In this document: piece by piece, positions 29,342 to 40,026 of the stretch
Numbering within the stretch: the stretch's first letter is position 1
How the letters are laid out: each line of letters begins with the position of its first letter
Origin: Williopsis jadinii
Taxonomy: Eukaryota
Direction of reading: 5' to 3'
Length of the DNA: 64,000 nt
Assembly (NCBI GenBank): GCA_024346625.1
Contig: AP024666.1
Span: 186,001 to 250,000, forward strand
Made by a program: the position numbers and the translations under genes
The notes under the pieces: generated by a model
Database searches by the model: none
What the model saw: the letters and a program-made list of their open reading frames with translations, nothing else
Told to the model about the DNA's origin: nothing

Positions 29342-30016
29342 TCACCATTCTGACTCACCGGTGGCCTTTTGGAAGGTGTAGTCCTTACCGTTGACGTTAA
29401 GAATACCATCTCTCAAGTTACATTTCCACTTATTTTTCACTCTGAGAACTTTTTCATATAGACATAGCATGATCATACCTTCGCCATCTTCGCCGTCTTC
29501 GTCAAAGCCCTCAGCGTCGTCGTCAGAGTCATCAAGGTCGGAGTTGATATCGTCCGAGTCCAAAGACGCCATCGTTCTCTCCTTCTTCAGCTCGGCATCT
29601 CTCTGCTTTTGCAGAGACTTTGCCAATTTCCCCGTATCGTCTTGCACCTCGAATGAAAACTCAGAGCCGTTGACATTCTGTTGCTGTGAATTGGTCCCTG
29701 TAGTACTATTATTCGTTGTGTTGGCACTATTACTCGGGGTATTTGTATGAGAAGAGGACTCTGTAGATGTGACACCTGCAACTGATGAGGACTGATCAAC
29801 AGTGGTAGCTGTGCTGATAACAGGATCAGTCTCAGCTAGATGAGGAGCCCAGCTAAAATTCGCCACACGAGTCTGCGCAAGGTTATCACGCCAGATTTGG
29901 CGTAGATCCAGCAACGTGGACTCATCTATACCGATGTCTTCGAAATCTTGCCTGGATTCGTTGATTACCTCATCTATTATCTCCTCATAGGTCTTTGCAG
30001 CCTCCTTGTTCGACAT
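29342..30016 (-). CDS. TOA1: TFIIA large subunit
   Basis: MSNKEAAKTYEEII, INSDLDDSDD, MLCLYEKVLRVKNKWKC.L.DG, TFQKATGESEW. Confidence 0.96.
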   Translation of the reverse strand: MSNKEAAKTYEEIIDEVINESRQDFEDIGIDESTLLDLRQIWRDNLAQTRVANFSWAPHLAETDPVISTATTVDQSSSVAGVTSTESSSHTNTPSNSANTTNNSTTGTNSQQQNVNGSEFSFEVQDDTGKLAKSLQKQRDAELKKERTMASLDSDDINSDLDDSDDDAEGFDEDGEDGEGMIMLCLYEKVLRVKNKWKCNLRDGILNVNGKDYTFQKATGESEW

Positions 30017-30531
30017 GGTTCAAAAGTTCAAAATCTTCAAAAGGGGATAAAACTCTCTCGCAACACACACACACACGCACACAATTTCCAACCAACCGGG
30101 GAAAGGAACACCAAAAAAATAACACACGGAGTACGATTCACACCAATATATAACTGATGTATACGTGTAGAGCCTTGTGATGTATTCGTTGCTGTTCTCT
30201 TTGGTTAGCTTCTATACCTGTCTATATAGTTGTACCGGAAGGTATGTCCCTTTTATACGTTTTTTCGTCCACCACACGGTAGAGGACACAACTCCACCAC
30301 TTTGGTGGATTTGGAGGATTTGGTTGTCCTGGTAACCACAAATCATGTTTTTCTCCCGCCGTTTGTTTTCTGTGTTTACTTTTCGACAATTTGCCTGGCG
30401 GCAGGGGAAGGTTTGTTTTGATTTTGCGATTTTCCTTTTCCCTTTCCTCACCCTTTGTTTCCCACAAACAACAACAGTGGTCTAAAGGCAAAGGGACAAG
30501 GAAAACAAACATACGCTATTGCAAGAGTAAG

Positions 30532-33135
30532 ATGAACTTAGACGAGACGCTTACACCGTTGAAGGTGCAATCGTCGTTCCAAGTTGCTGGAGATGGAGAG
30601 GGAGAGAGTACTTTGACCAAGATTCCCCATGGACTGACTGCCAAAAGAAACCGTCGTAAGAGTTACCAACTCGAGAGAGGGTATAACGACAGCGACTTTG
30701 CCCATAGTCCGGTGAGAGTACCGCTGACTGCGCCAAGGTTGAATGTTCTCAATGCTCGTCCAATAGGAACTCTTGAGATGACTAAAAGATCACTCATGTC
30801 TCAGCTGAACTCGATGAGAGCAACTGAAGGAAAAGAGAACAATGCTACTCCTTTGACCGCGAAGGCACTAAGTCCTGTTACTCTAAAGGAGATGGACCTG
30901 TCCAGATACTCTAGTCCTGGGAAGTTGTACCAAAAACGCCGCTCCTCAACTGTTGATGACATCTCTGATGAAACAGTTTTAAAGATGCAAAAGATCAACG
31001 ATCTTCTCGCTGATGCCGAAGCTGAAGCTGAAATTGAAGCTCAAGCGGCGGAGCAAAATCTTGATGATGATATCTCATTGATTGATACCACAAAGGATGT
31101 TATCGAGGAAGGTGCCGATGAAGAGTTATCCAGAATCGAAATCGGGATGCAAGATGAGAATGTTGAGTTGATGGACAGTAGCTTCGTCGAGCAGGATGAC
31201 TTTGTTCAAATTGGCCTAGAGAATTGTAATGAAGAAATCATAAAGAACAATACCCTTTCAGACATTACAAACACAGCCCTTGACAAATTACCAGCTCAGA
31301 AGCCTAAGCTCATTGAAAACGTTGCCGCTTTTGAAGCCATTCCTATTAGTCCACATAAGAAACACAACGCGTTGGCATCCCCAAATAAGAAGCCATACTT
31401 TACCATTTCTCAAGTTCATGAGATCCAAGCTGATTTCAAAAACGAGGTTGAAACTTTGAAGAAAAGTCTCCAAGGTAAATCCTCCCTGGTGCTCAACCTT
31501 AACGAAGAGATTAGTCACTTGAAAAATGAAGTTTATCAACTCGAAGATAATGTTAAATCGTTAAACTTGGAGAAGAAAGATATCTTCACCGAGAACAAGC
31601 TCTTGAAAGCTGAACACGGCATCTTCAAGGAAAACATCGGTAGTCTCGAACAAACCATCGAACAACAGGATGGTAAAATTGAGAGAACGCAGATGGTAAT
31701 TGCAAAGTTCAAAGAACGTGTTCAAGAGCTTAATTCCATCATTACTGCAAAGCAAGAAGCTGTTGAGGAAGCACAGTCTGAGCTACAATCGAAATCCAGA
31801 GCCATTGAGATATTGAACCAAAGAGTTTTGGATTTTGAACATCAGGCTAAGGATTTGAACAGGAAACTTCACCACTGCGAGGAAGAGTTGAACAATTCTT
31901 TGGAATCAAACACAACTTTGAAAAACAGAATTGCAGAGCTCGAGGCCAATGTCGCTGAGAAAGAAGGCGAGTATGAGCGTTTTGTTTCAAGTGTTGAGGA
32001 AACTATAAGAAAGCCATTTGAATCAGCTAAAGCTGAAGTAGAATCCCTCAAATCTCAACTCAACTCCGAAGAACTTGAGTTAAAGGAGTCGCAGACACAG
32101 TATTCTAAGCTGAATGAACGAATCAACTCACTTGAAATGGAACTCAACTCATTAAACGCTTCGATGGCTGAGGAAAGACATCAGTTCGAACAACGTGCCT
32201 TAGAGCTCACCACAATTATTATGGAGAAAACCAAGGCCTTGAATCTTCAAACAGCTATTACCGATGGTCTTCAAAGAGCAGTTAATACTTTGAAATCATC
32301 CTATACCCTAAACAAGTCAGAGCTTGAAGCGAAGACCTCAAGATTAGCCCTCTTAGAAGATGAAGTTAATGAGGCTAAGGACCTTTTGGTTGTTAAAACC
32401 GCAGAAGTTGAAGAGTTGTCACTTGAGCTTAAGGAATGTGCTAAGACCATGAAGGAAAACAACAATGTATTCCAAGAGATTGGTTCTCAAAATACAACAT
32501 TGGAGGAGCGTGTTCAAGAGTTGACCGATTCGTTGTCCAAGAAGGAACAACAATTGACGGACCTTCGCCACCAGGTTCAAAAGGCCGAGACTGACCACAT
32601 TACTGAACTAGAGGCATTTCATGCAGAATTGAGTAACCTTCAGTCACTTGTGACCAACAAAAACAACGAAATCCACAAGCTGAACGAAGCGAACGACAAA
32701 TTGCAGAAGAAGAACGAGTTCTTATCCTACGAGCATCAGGTCACCAAAGAGGAGATCGCCGACTACGACACCAGACTATCAACGTTGAAAGCCAAACTCA
32801 ACGAGTACAAGGAACATGCCTCAAGCCTGGAGGACTTGGTCCAATCCGTCGAGGAAGAAAAGGCACAGCTTGAAAGGGACACAGACCAGAGACTTCAACA
32901 ATTGGCTGAAGATTTGTACATTCAGTACTCTAAGAAGCACGAACAGAAGGTCCAAGTGTTGAAGAAAGGCTACGAGAACAAATGGCAGACCAAAGTGTCC
33001 AAAGCCGAGTCAGAGACCGAGAGGTTGAGAAGTGAAGTTGAAGGGTTGAAAGCCCAACTCGAACAAGAGAAGTTGGAGAAGAACGAGATCATCAAGCTGT
33101 GGGATAACTTCAAAGCACAGGAGAAGATTGAGTAA
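30532..33135 (+). CDS. SLK19: Kinetochore/spindle coiled-coil protein Slk19
   Basis: Long coiled coil with C-terminal AEDLYIQYSKKHEQKVQVLKKGYE motif; divergent from TOA1 as in S. cerevisiae; first ATG at 30532. Confidence 0.85.
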   Translation: MNLDETLTPLKVQSSFQVAGDGEGESTLTKIPHGLTAKRNRRKSYQLERGYNDSDFAHSPVRVPLTAPRLNVLNARPIGTLEMTKRSLMSQLNSMRATEGKENNATPLTAKALSPVTLKEMDLSRYSSPGKLYQKRRSSTVDDISDETVLKMQKINDLLADAEAEAEIEAQAAEQNLDDDISLIDTTKDVIEEGADEELSRIEIGMQDENVELMDSSFVEQDDFVQIGLENCNEEIIKNNTLSDITNTALDKLPAQKPKLIENVAAFEAIPISPHKKHNALASPNKKPYFTISQVHEIQADFKNEVETLKKSLQGKSSLVLNLNEEISHLKNEVYQLEDNVKSLNLEKKDIFTENKLLKAEHGIFKENIGSLEQTIEQQDGKIERTQMVIAKFKERVQELNSIITAKQEAVEEAQSELQSKSRAIEILNQRVLDFEHQAKDLNRKLHHCEEELNNSLESNTTLKNRIAELEANVAEKEGEYERFVSSVEETIRKPFESAKAEVESLKSQLNSEELELKESQTQYSKLNERINSLEMELNSLNASMAEERHQFEQRALELTTIIMEKTKALNLQTAITDGLQRAVNTLKSSYTLNKSELEAKTSRLALLEDEVNEAKDLLVVKTAEVEELSLELKECAKTMKENNNVFQEIGSQNTTLEERVQELTDSLSKKEQQLTDLRHQVQKAETDHITELEAFHAELSNLQSLVTNKNNEIHKLNEANDKLQKKNEFLSYEHQVTKEEIADYDTRLSTLKAKLNEYKEHASSLEDLVQSVEEEKAQLERDTDQRLQQLAEDLYIQYSKKHEQKVQVLKKGYENKWQTKVSKAESETERLRSEVEGLKAQLEQEKLEKNEIIKLWDNFKAQEKIE

Positions 33136-33955
33136 CTTTTGCACGAGCTCTCTCCATCTCCTTTTCCCCCTTTTATATTTCCTTATTAGTTTTTTTAATC
33201 AATTGATCAAATTTGTCGAGATGTCGTAAAGAGTTCCTACATCTTCCTCCAGTGTTACGCAGCGCGGTGTATATATCAAGTGAGTGAAGGCCATCACACA
33301 CAACAAGTGATGTGATGTGGCCTCATGTGAAATTCACCAAGTCGCGTCATTAAGTTGTGCATGGACGTACCGAATATGGTCTTTCTGGAAAAAATCCATT
33401 AATTCTCAAGCATACATCGCACATGGTGCTTTGAAAACACGAAGCATTGAGCCTGACAAAGAGGGTGGAGGGCTGTTTTTATGAACTTACCAAGATAGGG
33501 TTGGCGCGTTTTTAGTGCACCGGCGGGCCTCAAACCATTGCTGTGTAGCACGCTAAATGCATGTTCACTGAGTTGATTTCCTAAGCAACAAAACGGCGTC
33601 GGAGGTTCCTCTTTAGGGGGGAGGGTTCGTACCAAGGCGGCCGCGTTTTTCCTCCTCCCTCAGCCTTAGGACGAGTAGACAAACAACTAAAAAAAAGAGG
33701 AAAAGGACAACACCGAAATTGCACTTTTCCAGAAGACTCAAAGGCTCATAGGGGTGAAAGACCAGGACATCGCTTTGTTCGCCAGACGCAGCTGAGCAGT
33801 CGAACAGTTCTCAGTGTCCATTCATTTGTGCAGCTCAATTAATCGAACTTGCTGTGTGTGTTGCGTGGAATTTGTTTATCAGTAGGGCCCCCATCTTCCA
33901 CTTTACAGTTTGGGTGGGATTTTTCACGGGTTTTTGGGTTATCGGAGTAACCACG

Positions 33956-33994
33956 GCGGTTGAGCTGGGCGGTTGAGCTAAGCGGTTGAGCTAG
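33956..33994. repeat. Three tandem 13-bp units containing GCGGTTGAGCT upstream of BEM3
   Basis: Units start at 33956, 33969 and 33982. Confidence 0.85.
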
Positions 33995-34094
33995 GCAGAG
34001 AGCACAAACAGGCAGTGCGATAAACACCAGGAGCACGCTGAGCAGCAGAGCAAAGGGCGAGAAAGGGTAGCAGAACAGAGCGCTGTGTGTCACG

Positions 34095-37019
34095 ATGGAT
34101 GTCGTCGCACCGAGTCACGTGGAGACTGATGTTTCCAACAGGATATCTGTGCAGTCGGAGGCCTCAGAGTTCTCGTTCGAGAAGGGCAAGGAGGAGTCCA
34201 TACAGTATCAACATCAACAACAGCACCCCCCTCGGATGGCGACGTCTGCGTCGCTGCCAACGATCTCGAGTGCCTCTGGAGGAGGTGGAGCGGGTCATGT
34301 GGCCAATGACAGGGCGGCAAGCCCGACAAAGTCGTATGGCACGGATATGGAGAGGTTAGTGAGACGTAATGGCGACTTGGAGAAGAGACTCAGCGAGCAA
34401 ACGACGCTCATTAGCTCTATGAGCTCGCACATCGAACAGTTGGAACAGATACTACGCTCTAACAACATCAAGTTCAAAGCGCTTGTTGATCCGAGGTCGA
34501 GGGCGTCTTCAGTATCTCGGCATTTGGCAGCCGCTGACGGTGATGCTGGTGAAGCCAGTAGCACCAGTGAGACGCCTGTGCATGCGAAGACGCTGGAGTC
34601 GTTGCAACTGCCACCACGGTCAGCTGAAAGGCTAAAGACGAGCCCCCTTAAGAACGATTCGAGCTCAGATGAGCCATCACAAGGCCAAATACAGAAGCAA
34701 CACGTGAGCGAAGCTGATGAGGAGTCCAGTGGAGCTCCAAGCCCTACAAAGGACGTTAATGGATACGGAGCAATAACGCCGAATGGGGTGAGCTCTCCGC
34801 TAGAGTCAAAGACTCAAGTGGATTGGAATGCAACGATTGCTGCTTTGAGATATTCGCCTGAAGAGGACGAGGAACAACACCCATCTCCGGTCTCGAGAGC
34901 ACCATCTGGGGCCTCCACATCTGTGCCTAACTCAGCATCACCGTACTCTGGACGAATTGCACACCCGTCACCTACAAAGGTTGACAGTGGTGCAACGGCA
35001 AACGGAAAGGTGGATCGACCACCATTACGTGCACTTGAAACTGATAGATCGGACTCTACAGGCACCTCGACGTTGGCTGTCAACACTCCCAAGTCTACGA
35101 CGCCTTTGAGTCCTCTGCGAATGCCGGTGCAGGGATCGATGAGACGCAACACTGTGACATCCCCAGGGGTGGTACACGGGGAACTGCTTGGTGAAAACAT
35201 GAGTAAGACCTCGACTCATTCAAACAATGTGTATGATTCACTTGGTGGTGATTATCAGAATGGATTCCAAGGTCACAGAGTGGCACATTCACACTCCTAC
35301 TCAACACCACAGACACCAATATCGACACATAGCTACCCGGAGAAGCAGATAACTTTCCCAAATGACGTTCCTTTATTTGTGGAACCGACACAGTTGAACA
35401 CGGTAAGACCAGAGGTGATATCCACGGTGAATGGTAACCCTTCAAAGAAGACAGATGACCCAATGCTGGTCATTGCCGTACTAGATAGACAGACTGGAAA
35501 GGAAATGTGGCGATTTAAAAAGACTTACTCACAATTGTGTCAACTGGATAGTACTATTCAACCAATGATTAACGCATTTTCGTTGGCTCCGTTACCAGAG
35601 AAGACAGCATTCTTGACAAATATTCCTTCCAAAGTTGATTTGAGAAGACAGGCATTACGTGATTATCTTGCTACACTTTTCTTAATCCCAAACATGCCTT
35701 TGACTGCTGCATACCAAATCGCAAGATTTATATCTCTGGACGTTGTAAATCTTCTGGATGAATCTAACATCGAGGCATTGAAAGAGGGTTGGCTGATACG
35801 TCGTGTGAAGGGAATAGGAAACAATTGGAAGGCAAGATATTGTGTTGTTGAAGGGAATTCTGTCCAAGTGCTTGAAACCCCTCAGGGTCCATTGCTGGAG
35901 ATTATAGGAATTGCCGGTTGTCAAATTGGAAGACAGCCTGATGGTAAGCCTGGTGATGATAAATCCGCATATCGTCATTCATTTGCCATAATGGATCCAA
36001 AGAAATCCGCTAAAAACCCAGCAAAACACATATTCTGCGCCGAGACTAACGATGAAAGAGATGATTGGATAAATGTACTCGTTCAGGTGTTGCTAGATGA
36101 TGATCAGTCTTTGTATTCACAGGAATCGTCGTTTTCGAGAACTCCAGTGGAACCTGTGGCTTCACAGTTGAACGCTTCGTTGGAATCACCGGCAAAGACC
36201 ACCAATTCACAGGGCGAGACTGATGATGAGAAGGAGCTGAAGAAGAATAAGAAGAGAAGTTTCTTCCCATTCCACAAGAAGAGTATCAGTGAAGATCTTT
36301 CTGATAGAACACAAAATATGCATATTCAAACGTACCAAGACGTGAATATTGAAGACACTCTTGATGAGATGAACCTAGGAGAGGTTCAGAAGAGCATTTT
36401 CAAATGTGAATTGAGCCACGTATTTGCATTATCGCATCAAAAGATTTACGACGTTGAGGTCCCTAGTGTACTCTACAGATGTTTGCAGTTTTTAATTTAT
36501 AAATCTGCAAGTAGCGAAGAAGGTATCTTCCGTCTCAGTGGTTCTTCACTCTTGATCAGGCAGTTGAGAGAACGCTTTGATAAGGATTACGACATTGATC
36601 TACAGAGCTTAGATCCTGTTCCTGATATTAACACAATAGCCGGATTACTCAAGCTTTGGCTCCGTGAACTACCATCAAATATCCTGACCAAAGAACTTTA
36701 TCAAGATTTCAAGGAAACCACAGTTAAAAGATCACCAGAGGACGCTGCAAGAGACTTTTCACAACTTGTTAAGAAGTTACCAAAGGTCAACCATGACGTG
36801 CTATATGCCTTGTTCAAGTTTTTGAACGAGGTGATCCGTAACAAGGATTTGAATAAGATGAACCTGAAGAATCTGTGCATTGTTTTCTCCCCAACGTTGA
36901 ACGTTGCAGGAGAGATTCTTGTTCCTTTACTTGTGGATTTCAAGTGCGTGTTTGAAGGTGGTGAACCTGTAAGTGAAAGTGAGCGAGACATTTTGGATTT
37001 GAGCATACCAACGTTTTGA
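34095..37019 (+). CDS. BEM3: Cdc42 RhoGAP with PX, PH and RhoGAP domains
   Basis: LFVEPTQL, KEGWLIRR..GIGNNWKARY (PH), EEGIFRLSGS, GLLKLWLRELP, NKMNLKNLCIVFSPTL. Confidence 0.9.
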   Translation: MDVVAPSHVETDVSNRISVQSEASEFSFEKGKEESIQYQHQQQHPPRMATSASLPTISSASGGGGAGHVANDRAASPTKSYGTDMERLVRRNGDLEKRLSEQTTLISSMSSHIEQLEQILRSNNIKFKALVDPRSRASSVSRHLAAADGDAGEASSTSETPVHAKTLESLQLPPRSAERLKTSPLKNDSSSDEPSQGQIQKQHVSEADEESSGAPSPTKDVNGYGAITPNGVSSPLESKTQVDWNATIAALRYSPEEDEEQHPSPVSRAPSGASTSVPNSASPYSGRIAHPSPTKVDSGATANGKVDRPPLRALETDRSDSTGTSTLAVNTPKSTTPLSPLRMPVQGSMRRNTVTSPGVVHGELLGENMSKTSTHSNNVYDSLGGDYQNGFQGHRVAHSHSYSTPQTPISTHSYPEKQITFPNDVPLFVEPTQLNTVRPEVISTVNGNPSKKTDDPMLVIAVLDRQTGKEMWRFKKTYSQLCQLDSTIQPMINAFSLAPLPEKTAFLTNIPSKVDLRRQALRDYLATLFLIPNMPLTAAYQIARFISLDVVNLLDESNIEALKEGWLIRRVKGIGNNWKARYCVVEGNSVQVLETPQGPLLEIIGIAGCQIGRQPDGKPGDDKSAYRHSFAIMDPKKSAKNPAKHIFCAETNDERDDWINVLVQVLLDDDQSLYSQESSFSRTPVEPVASQLNASLESPAKTTNSQGETDDEKELKKNKKRSFFPFHKKSISEDLSDRTQNMHIQTYQDVNIEDTLDEMNLGEVQKSIFKCELSHVFALSHQKIYDVEVPSVLYRCLQFLIYKSASSEEGIFRLSGSSLLIRQLRERFDKDYDIDLQSLDPVPDINTIAGLLKLWLRELPSNILTKELYQDFKETTVKRSPEDAARDFSQLVKKLPKVNHDVLYALFKFLNEVIRNKDLNKMNLKNLCIVFSPTLNVAGEILVPLLVDFKCVFEGGEPVSESERDILDLSIPTF

Positions 37020-37267
37020 AAGGACGTTTCCTCCTTCAAAATCGCATCCCATAACGGTTACCGTACATCGAGATACCCTGAATATACATAATGTGATCTA
37101 CTCAAAGCCTTGGAGGAAGTCCAGCTAACGTTATCTGCATGGTCATCCAACAGATTCTACACAAATGTTTGCCATAAAAGTTATTCCAAATGCCCAAAGT
37201 TTGATTTAAGTGTATCGATATCATGTGTATATATATATATAACCGAATGTGTCAGTATAAGCCACGG

Positions 37268-38506
37268 TTATACTGCTCCACTTGCCCCTACAGCTGCAGA
37301 TTCAACTTTGGCATCTAAGTGTGACGGTTGTCTCTTTCTCAACACGTTTTCGATGAAAGCCTCACCTGCCTTATACGAAGATCTCACGAGTGGTCCCGAG
37401 GCACAGTAGAGGAATCCCAACTCCAGAGCCTTTTCCTTCCAGTAGTCAAACTTCTCCGGTTTCACGTACTCGACAACCTTCATGTGACGTTTTGTAGGAC
37501 GCATGTATTGCCCAAATGTCACAACGTTACAGTCAATCTTTCTCAACTCTCTCAATGCATCGAGGACTTGTTCGTCAGTTTCACCCAATCCCAGCATCAG
37601 CGACGTCTTTGTCACCAAGTCAGGGTTGGTCTTCTTAGCAGTGTCTAGAACTGCTAGAGACTGACGGAAAGTTGCCCTTCTATCTCTAACATGAGGAGTC
37701 AACTCTTCAACGGTTTCCAAGTTGTGTGCGTACACGTCGAGACCCGACTTGGCCAAGATCTTCACCATTTCGAGGTCTCCTCTAAAGTCACCACTCAACA
37801 CTTCGACTAAGGTCTGTGGAGCCTTTTGCTTGATTCTGCGCACAGTCTCAGCTAAGTGGTTGGAACCACCATCGACCAAGTCATCACGATCCACCGTGGT
37901 CAGAACAACGTAACCCAACCCCCATCTCGAGATGGCCTCTGCAGTGTTTTCCGGTTCATGAGGATCCGGAGCAGCAGGCTTTCTGTTCGTCTTCACGGAA
38001 CAGAAACGACAACCTCTTGTACAGGTATCACCTAGCAACATGATGGTTGCTGTGGCTTCAGCCTTCTTACCACCCCAACATTCACCAATGTTCGGGCATT
38101 TCGCCTCTTCACAGACCGTGGCTAACTTCAGCTCACGAACGTCCTCTTTCACTTTATGGAATGATCTACCCTTTGGAATGGGGACCTTCAGCCACGAAGG
38201 TAAACGGGCCTGAGGATCCTGTCTTGCAGCTTCCAGCGGATCAACGACAACCTTGGACGCCTTACCAGAGACAAAGTCGTCGAATGAAGGACCTTTATTC
38301 AGGGAATCAGTGAACACCGTTCTTCTTCTTCTTCTTCTAGGCTGCGTGCCTTTGTCAGAGGATCCTTCAACCCCATCAACGGGGTTCGAATCGTTCGAGC
38401 CCTTATCCAATTGTGGTTCCTGGCTAAGCGATGCAAGGGTACGACTGTGTATTGTAGCACTCTTCGAAAAGGTGGACACCAGTGGCTTAAGTCTTAGGGA
38501 CAGCAT
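37268..38506 (-). CDS. LIP5: Mitochondrial lipoyl synthase
   Basis: [12 protein letters not shown] and radical-[11 protein letters not shown] motifs; [10 protein letters not shown]. Confidence 0.97.
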   Translation of the reverse strand: MLSLRLKPLVSTFSKSATIHSRTLASLSQEPQLDKGSNDSNPVDGVEGSSDKGTQPRRRRRRTVFTDSLNKGPSFDDFVSGKASKVVVDPLEAARQDPQARLPSWLKVPIPKGRSFHKVKEDVRELKLATVCEEAKCPNIGECWGGKKAEATATIMLLGDTCTRGCRFCSVKTNRKPAAPDPHEPENTAEAISRWGLGYVVLTTVDRDDLVDGGSNHLAETVRRIKQKAPQTLVEVLSGDFRGDLEMVKILAKSGLDVYAHNLETVEELTPHVRDRRATFRQSLAVLDTAKKTNPDLVTKTSLMLGLGETDEQVLDALRELRKIDCNVVTFGQYMRPTKRHMKVVEYVKPEKFDYWKEKALELGFLYCASGPLVRSSYKAGEAFIENVLRKRQPSHLDAKVESAAVGASGAV

Positions 38507-38871
38507 CTTCCAAAGTTCTCTTGAGCGTTCAGGGGGGTAAATTCAGTGGAGCTTCGACGAAATGGCAGGAGAAGGGAAGAACTGATTGGTCCACACGTCA
38601 AGATGTTAGGCCATAAATGGAGAGCCCATACGCAATCAAAATTTTCTATACGCGGTGATTTGGTGTCCGGATGCCAGTGGGGGTAGCAGCGAGCGGTGAC
38701 TCGGGAACGTGTGTTTGACTCCGATCAGCGATAAGGAATCACCACCGATAACGCATTTCCGAGGATTATTATCATTGTTGCTATTATGGAGAGATTTGGA
38801 AGTGCACTAATAGGTAGAGAACATTGGTATGCATTACATTATATGAGTATGAGAGTGTGTGTCTGTGTGAT

Positions 38872-39678
38872 CTATAAGAGACGGTCGATACCTTCATTCT
38901 TGAATTGGTCCAGGTTGTCCAATTGGTCCCACCATTTGAAGAGGTAGCTCTCACAGATTAGCTTGAACCACGGGGTGAACACCAAGCTTTCGTCTTTGAA
39001 CATCTCCTTGAGTTCCTCAGAGCTGACGTATTTGAGATCTCTAACTTCGTTGGCGTTTGGAACCAGCACTGGGTTGGCCCTGATGATGAAGATGTAGTCA
39101 ATCTCGTGTTCGCCCCATGGTCCATTACTAGGAGCCATGTAATGGATTCTTGTCAAGAACTTGAAATCGTCCAAAGGCACGTATTTGGCGTCGATACCCA
39201 GTTCCTGGTCCAGCTTTCTCTGGGCCGCAACACGCGCACCTTGAACAGACGAGGATAAATCACCAGCCTTACCCATCTCAGAATGGACCGCTAATGGATG
39301 AGAACAACATGTGTTTGTCCACATATCGGCGAATGTGATCTTCTCAGTGGCTCGTTGCTGTAAGAGCAGCTTACCTTCATCGTTGAACAGGAACACGCTA
39401 AACGCCCTGTGCAAGAGCCCATCTTGGATATTCTTCATGATGTGGCACGTCTTCTTGGTGGCAGCACCAACAGGTTCGTCCTCGTAGTTCAAGACAATAC
39501 ACAGCTCCTCCATCAATCTGATCTGCTCCTCATCGTGCCCAGAGAGGATCTCATCACCGTTGGAAGACCCTTGGGATGTTGGCTTACCAGTGGTTGACGC
39601 AAGCGGTGTAACGTCAAACTGCGACACGATCTGTTCAGACGTGAGCGATTGCACCTTTTCTTTATAGCTCGTAACCAT
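38872..39678 (-). CDS. IDI1: Isopentenyl-diphosphate delta-isomerase
   Basis: LLHRAFSVFLF, WTNTCCSHP, WGEHEIDY, FTPWFKLI; first ATG at 39678. Confidence 0.96.
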   Translation of the reverse strand: MVTSYKEKVQSLTSEQIVSQFDVTPLASTTGKPTSQGSSNGDEILSGHDEEQIRLMEELCIVLNYEDEPVGAATKKTCHIMKNIQDGLLHRAFSVFLFNDEGKLLLQQRATEKITFADMWTNTCCSHPLAVHSEMGKAGDLSSSVQGARVAAQRKLDQELGIDAKYVPLDDFKFLTRIHYMAPSNGPWGEHEIDYIFIIRANPVLVPNANEVRDLKYVSSEELKEMFKDESLVFTPWFKLICESYLFKWWDQLDNLDQFKNEGIDRLL

Positions 39679-40026
39679 TTTACACCCTGAGCAGCTCACT
39701 CGGTTGCACAACAAGACTTGTCGGTTTGTTTACCTTGTCGTTTAACTGGTTTTGTTGTTGTCGTCTCTTAAAGTTTTTTTTTCTCTCTCTATGCTCTGAT
39801 CGTAGGCTAAACGAAACCAGACGAGACAGCCGGGTAACCCACACAAGGCACCTCGCCAAATGGGCCACGAAGTCGAGATTTCTTCTGGCCACTTTTCACA
39901 GCTTTTTTGGACGTTTTGCAAAAGTGGACAACCCGAAAATTTCGACAATTTGTCCAAAAAGGACACACACACACTTAGCCATTGTGTCAGCAGAAAGACT
40001 AACCACAGCCGTTGTCCAATAAAGCC

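Noticed and set aside
33284..33340. Imperfect hairpin (AGGCCATCACA...TGTGATGTGGCCT) after a TATA-like element, as a possible ncRNA
   Set aside because: Short and imperfect with no recognisable RNA family features; cannot be supported without a covariance search
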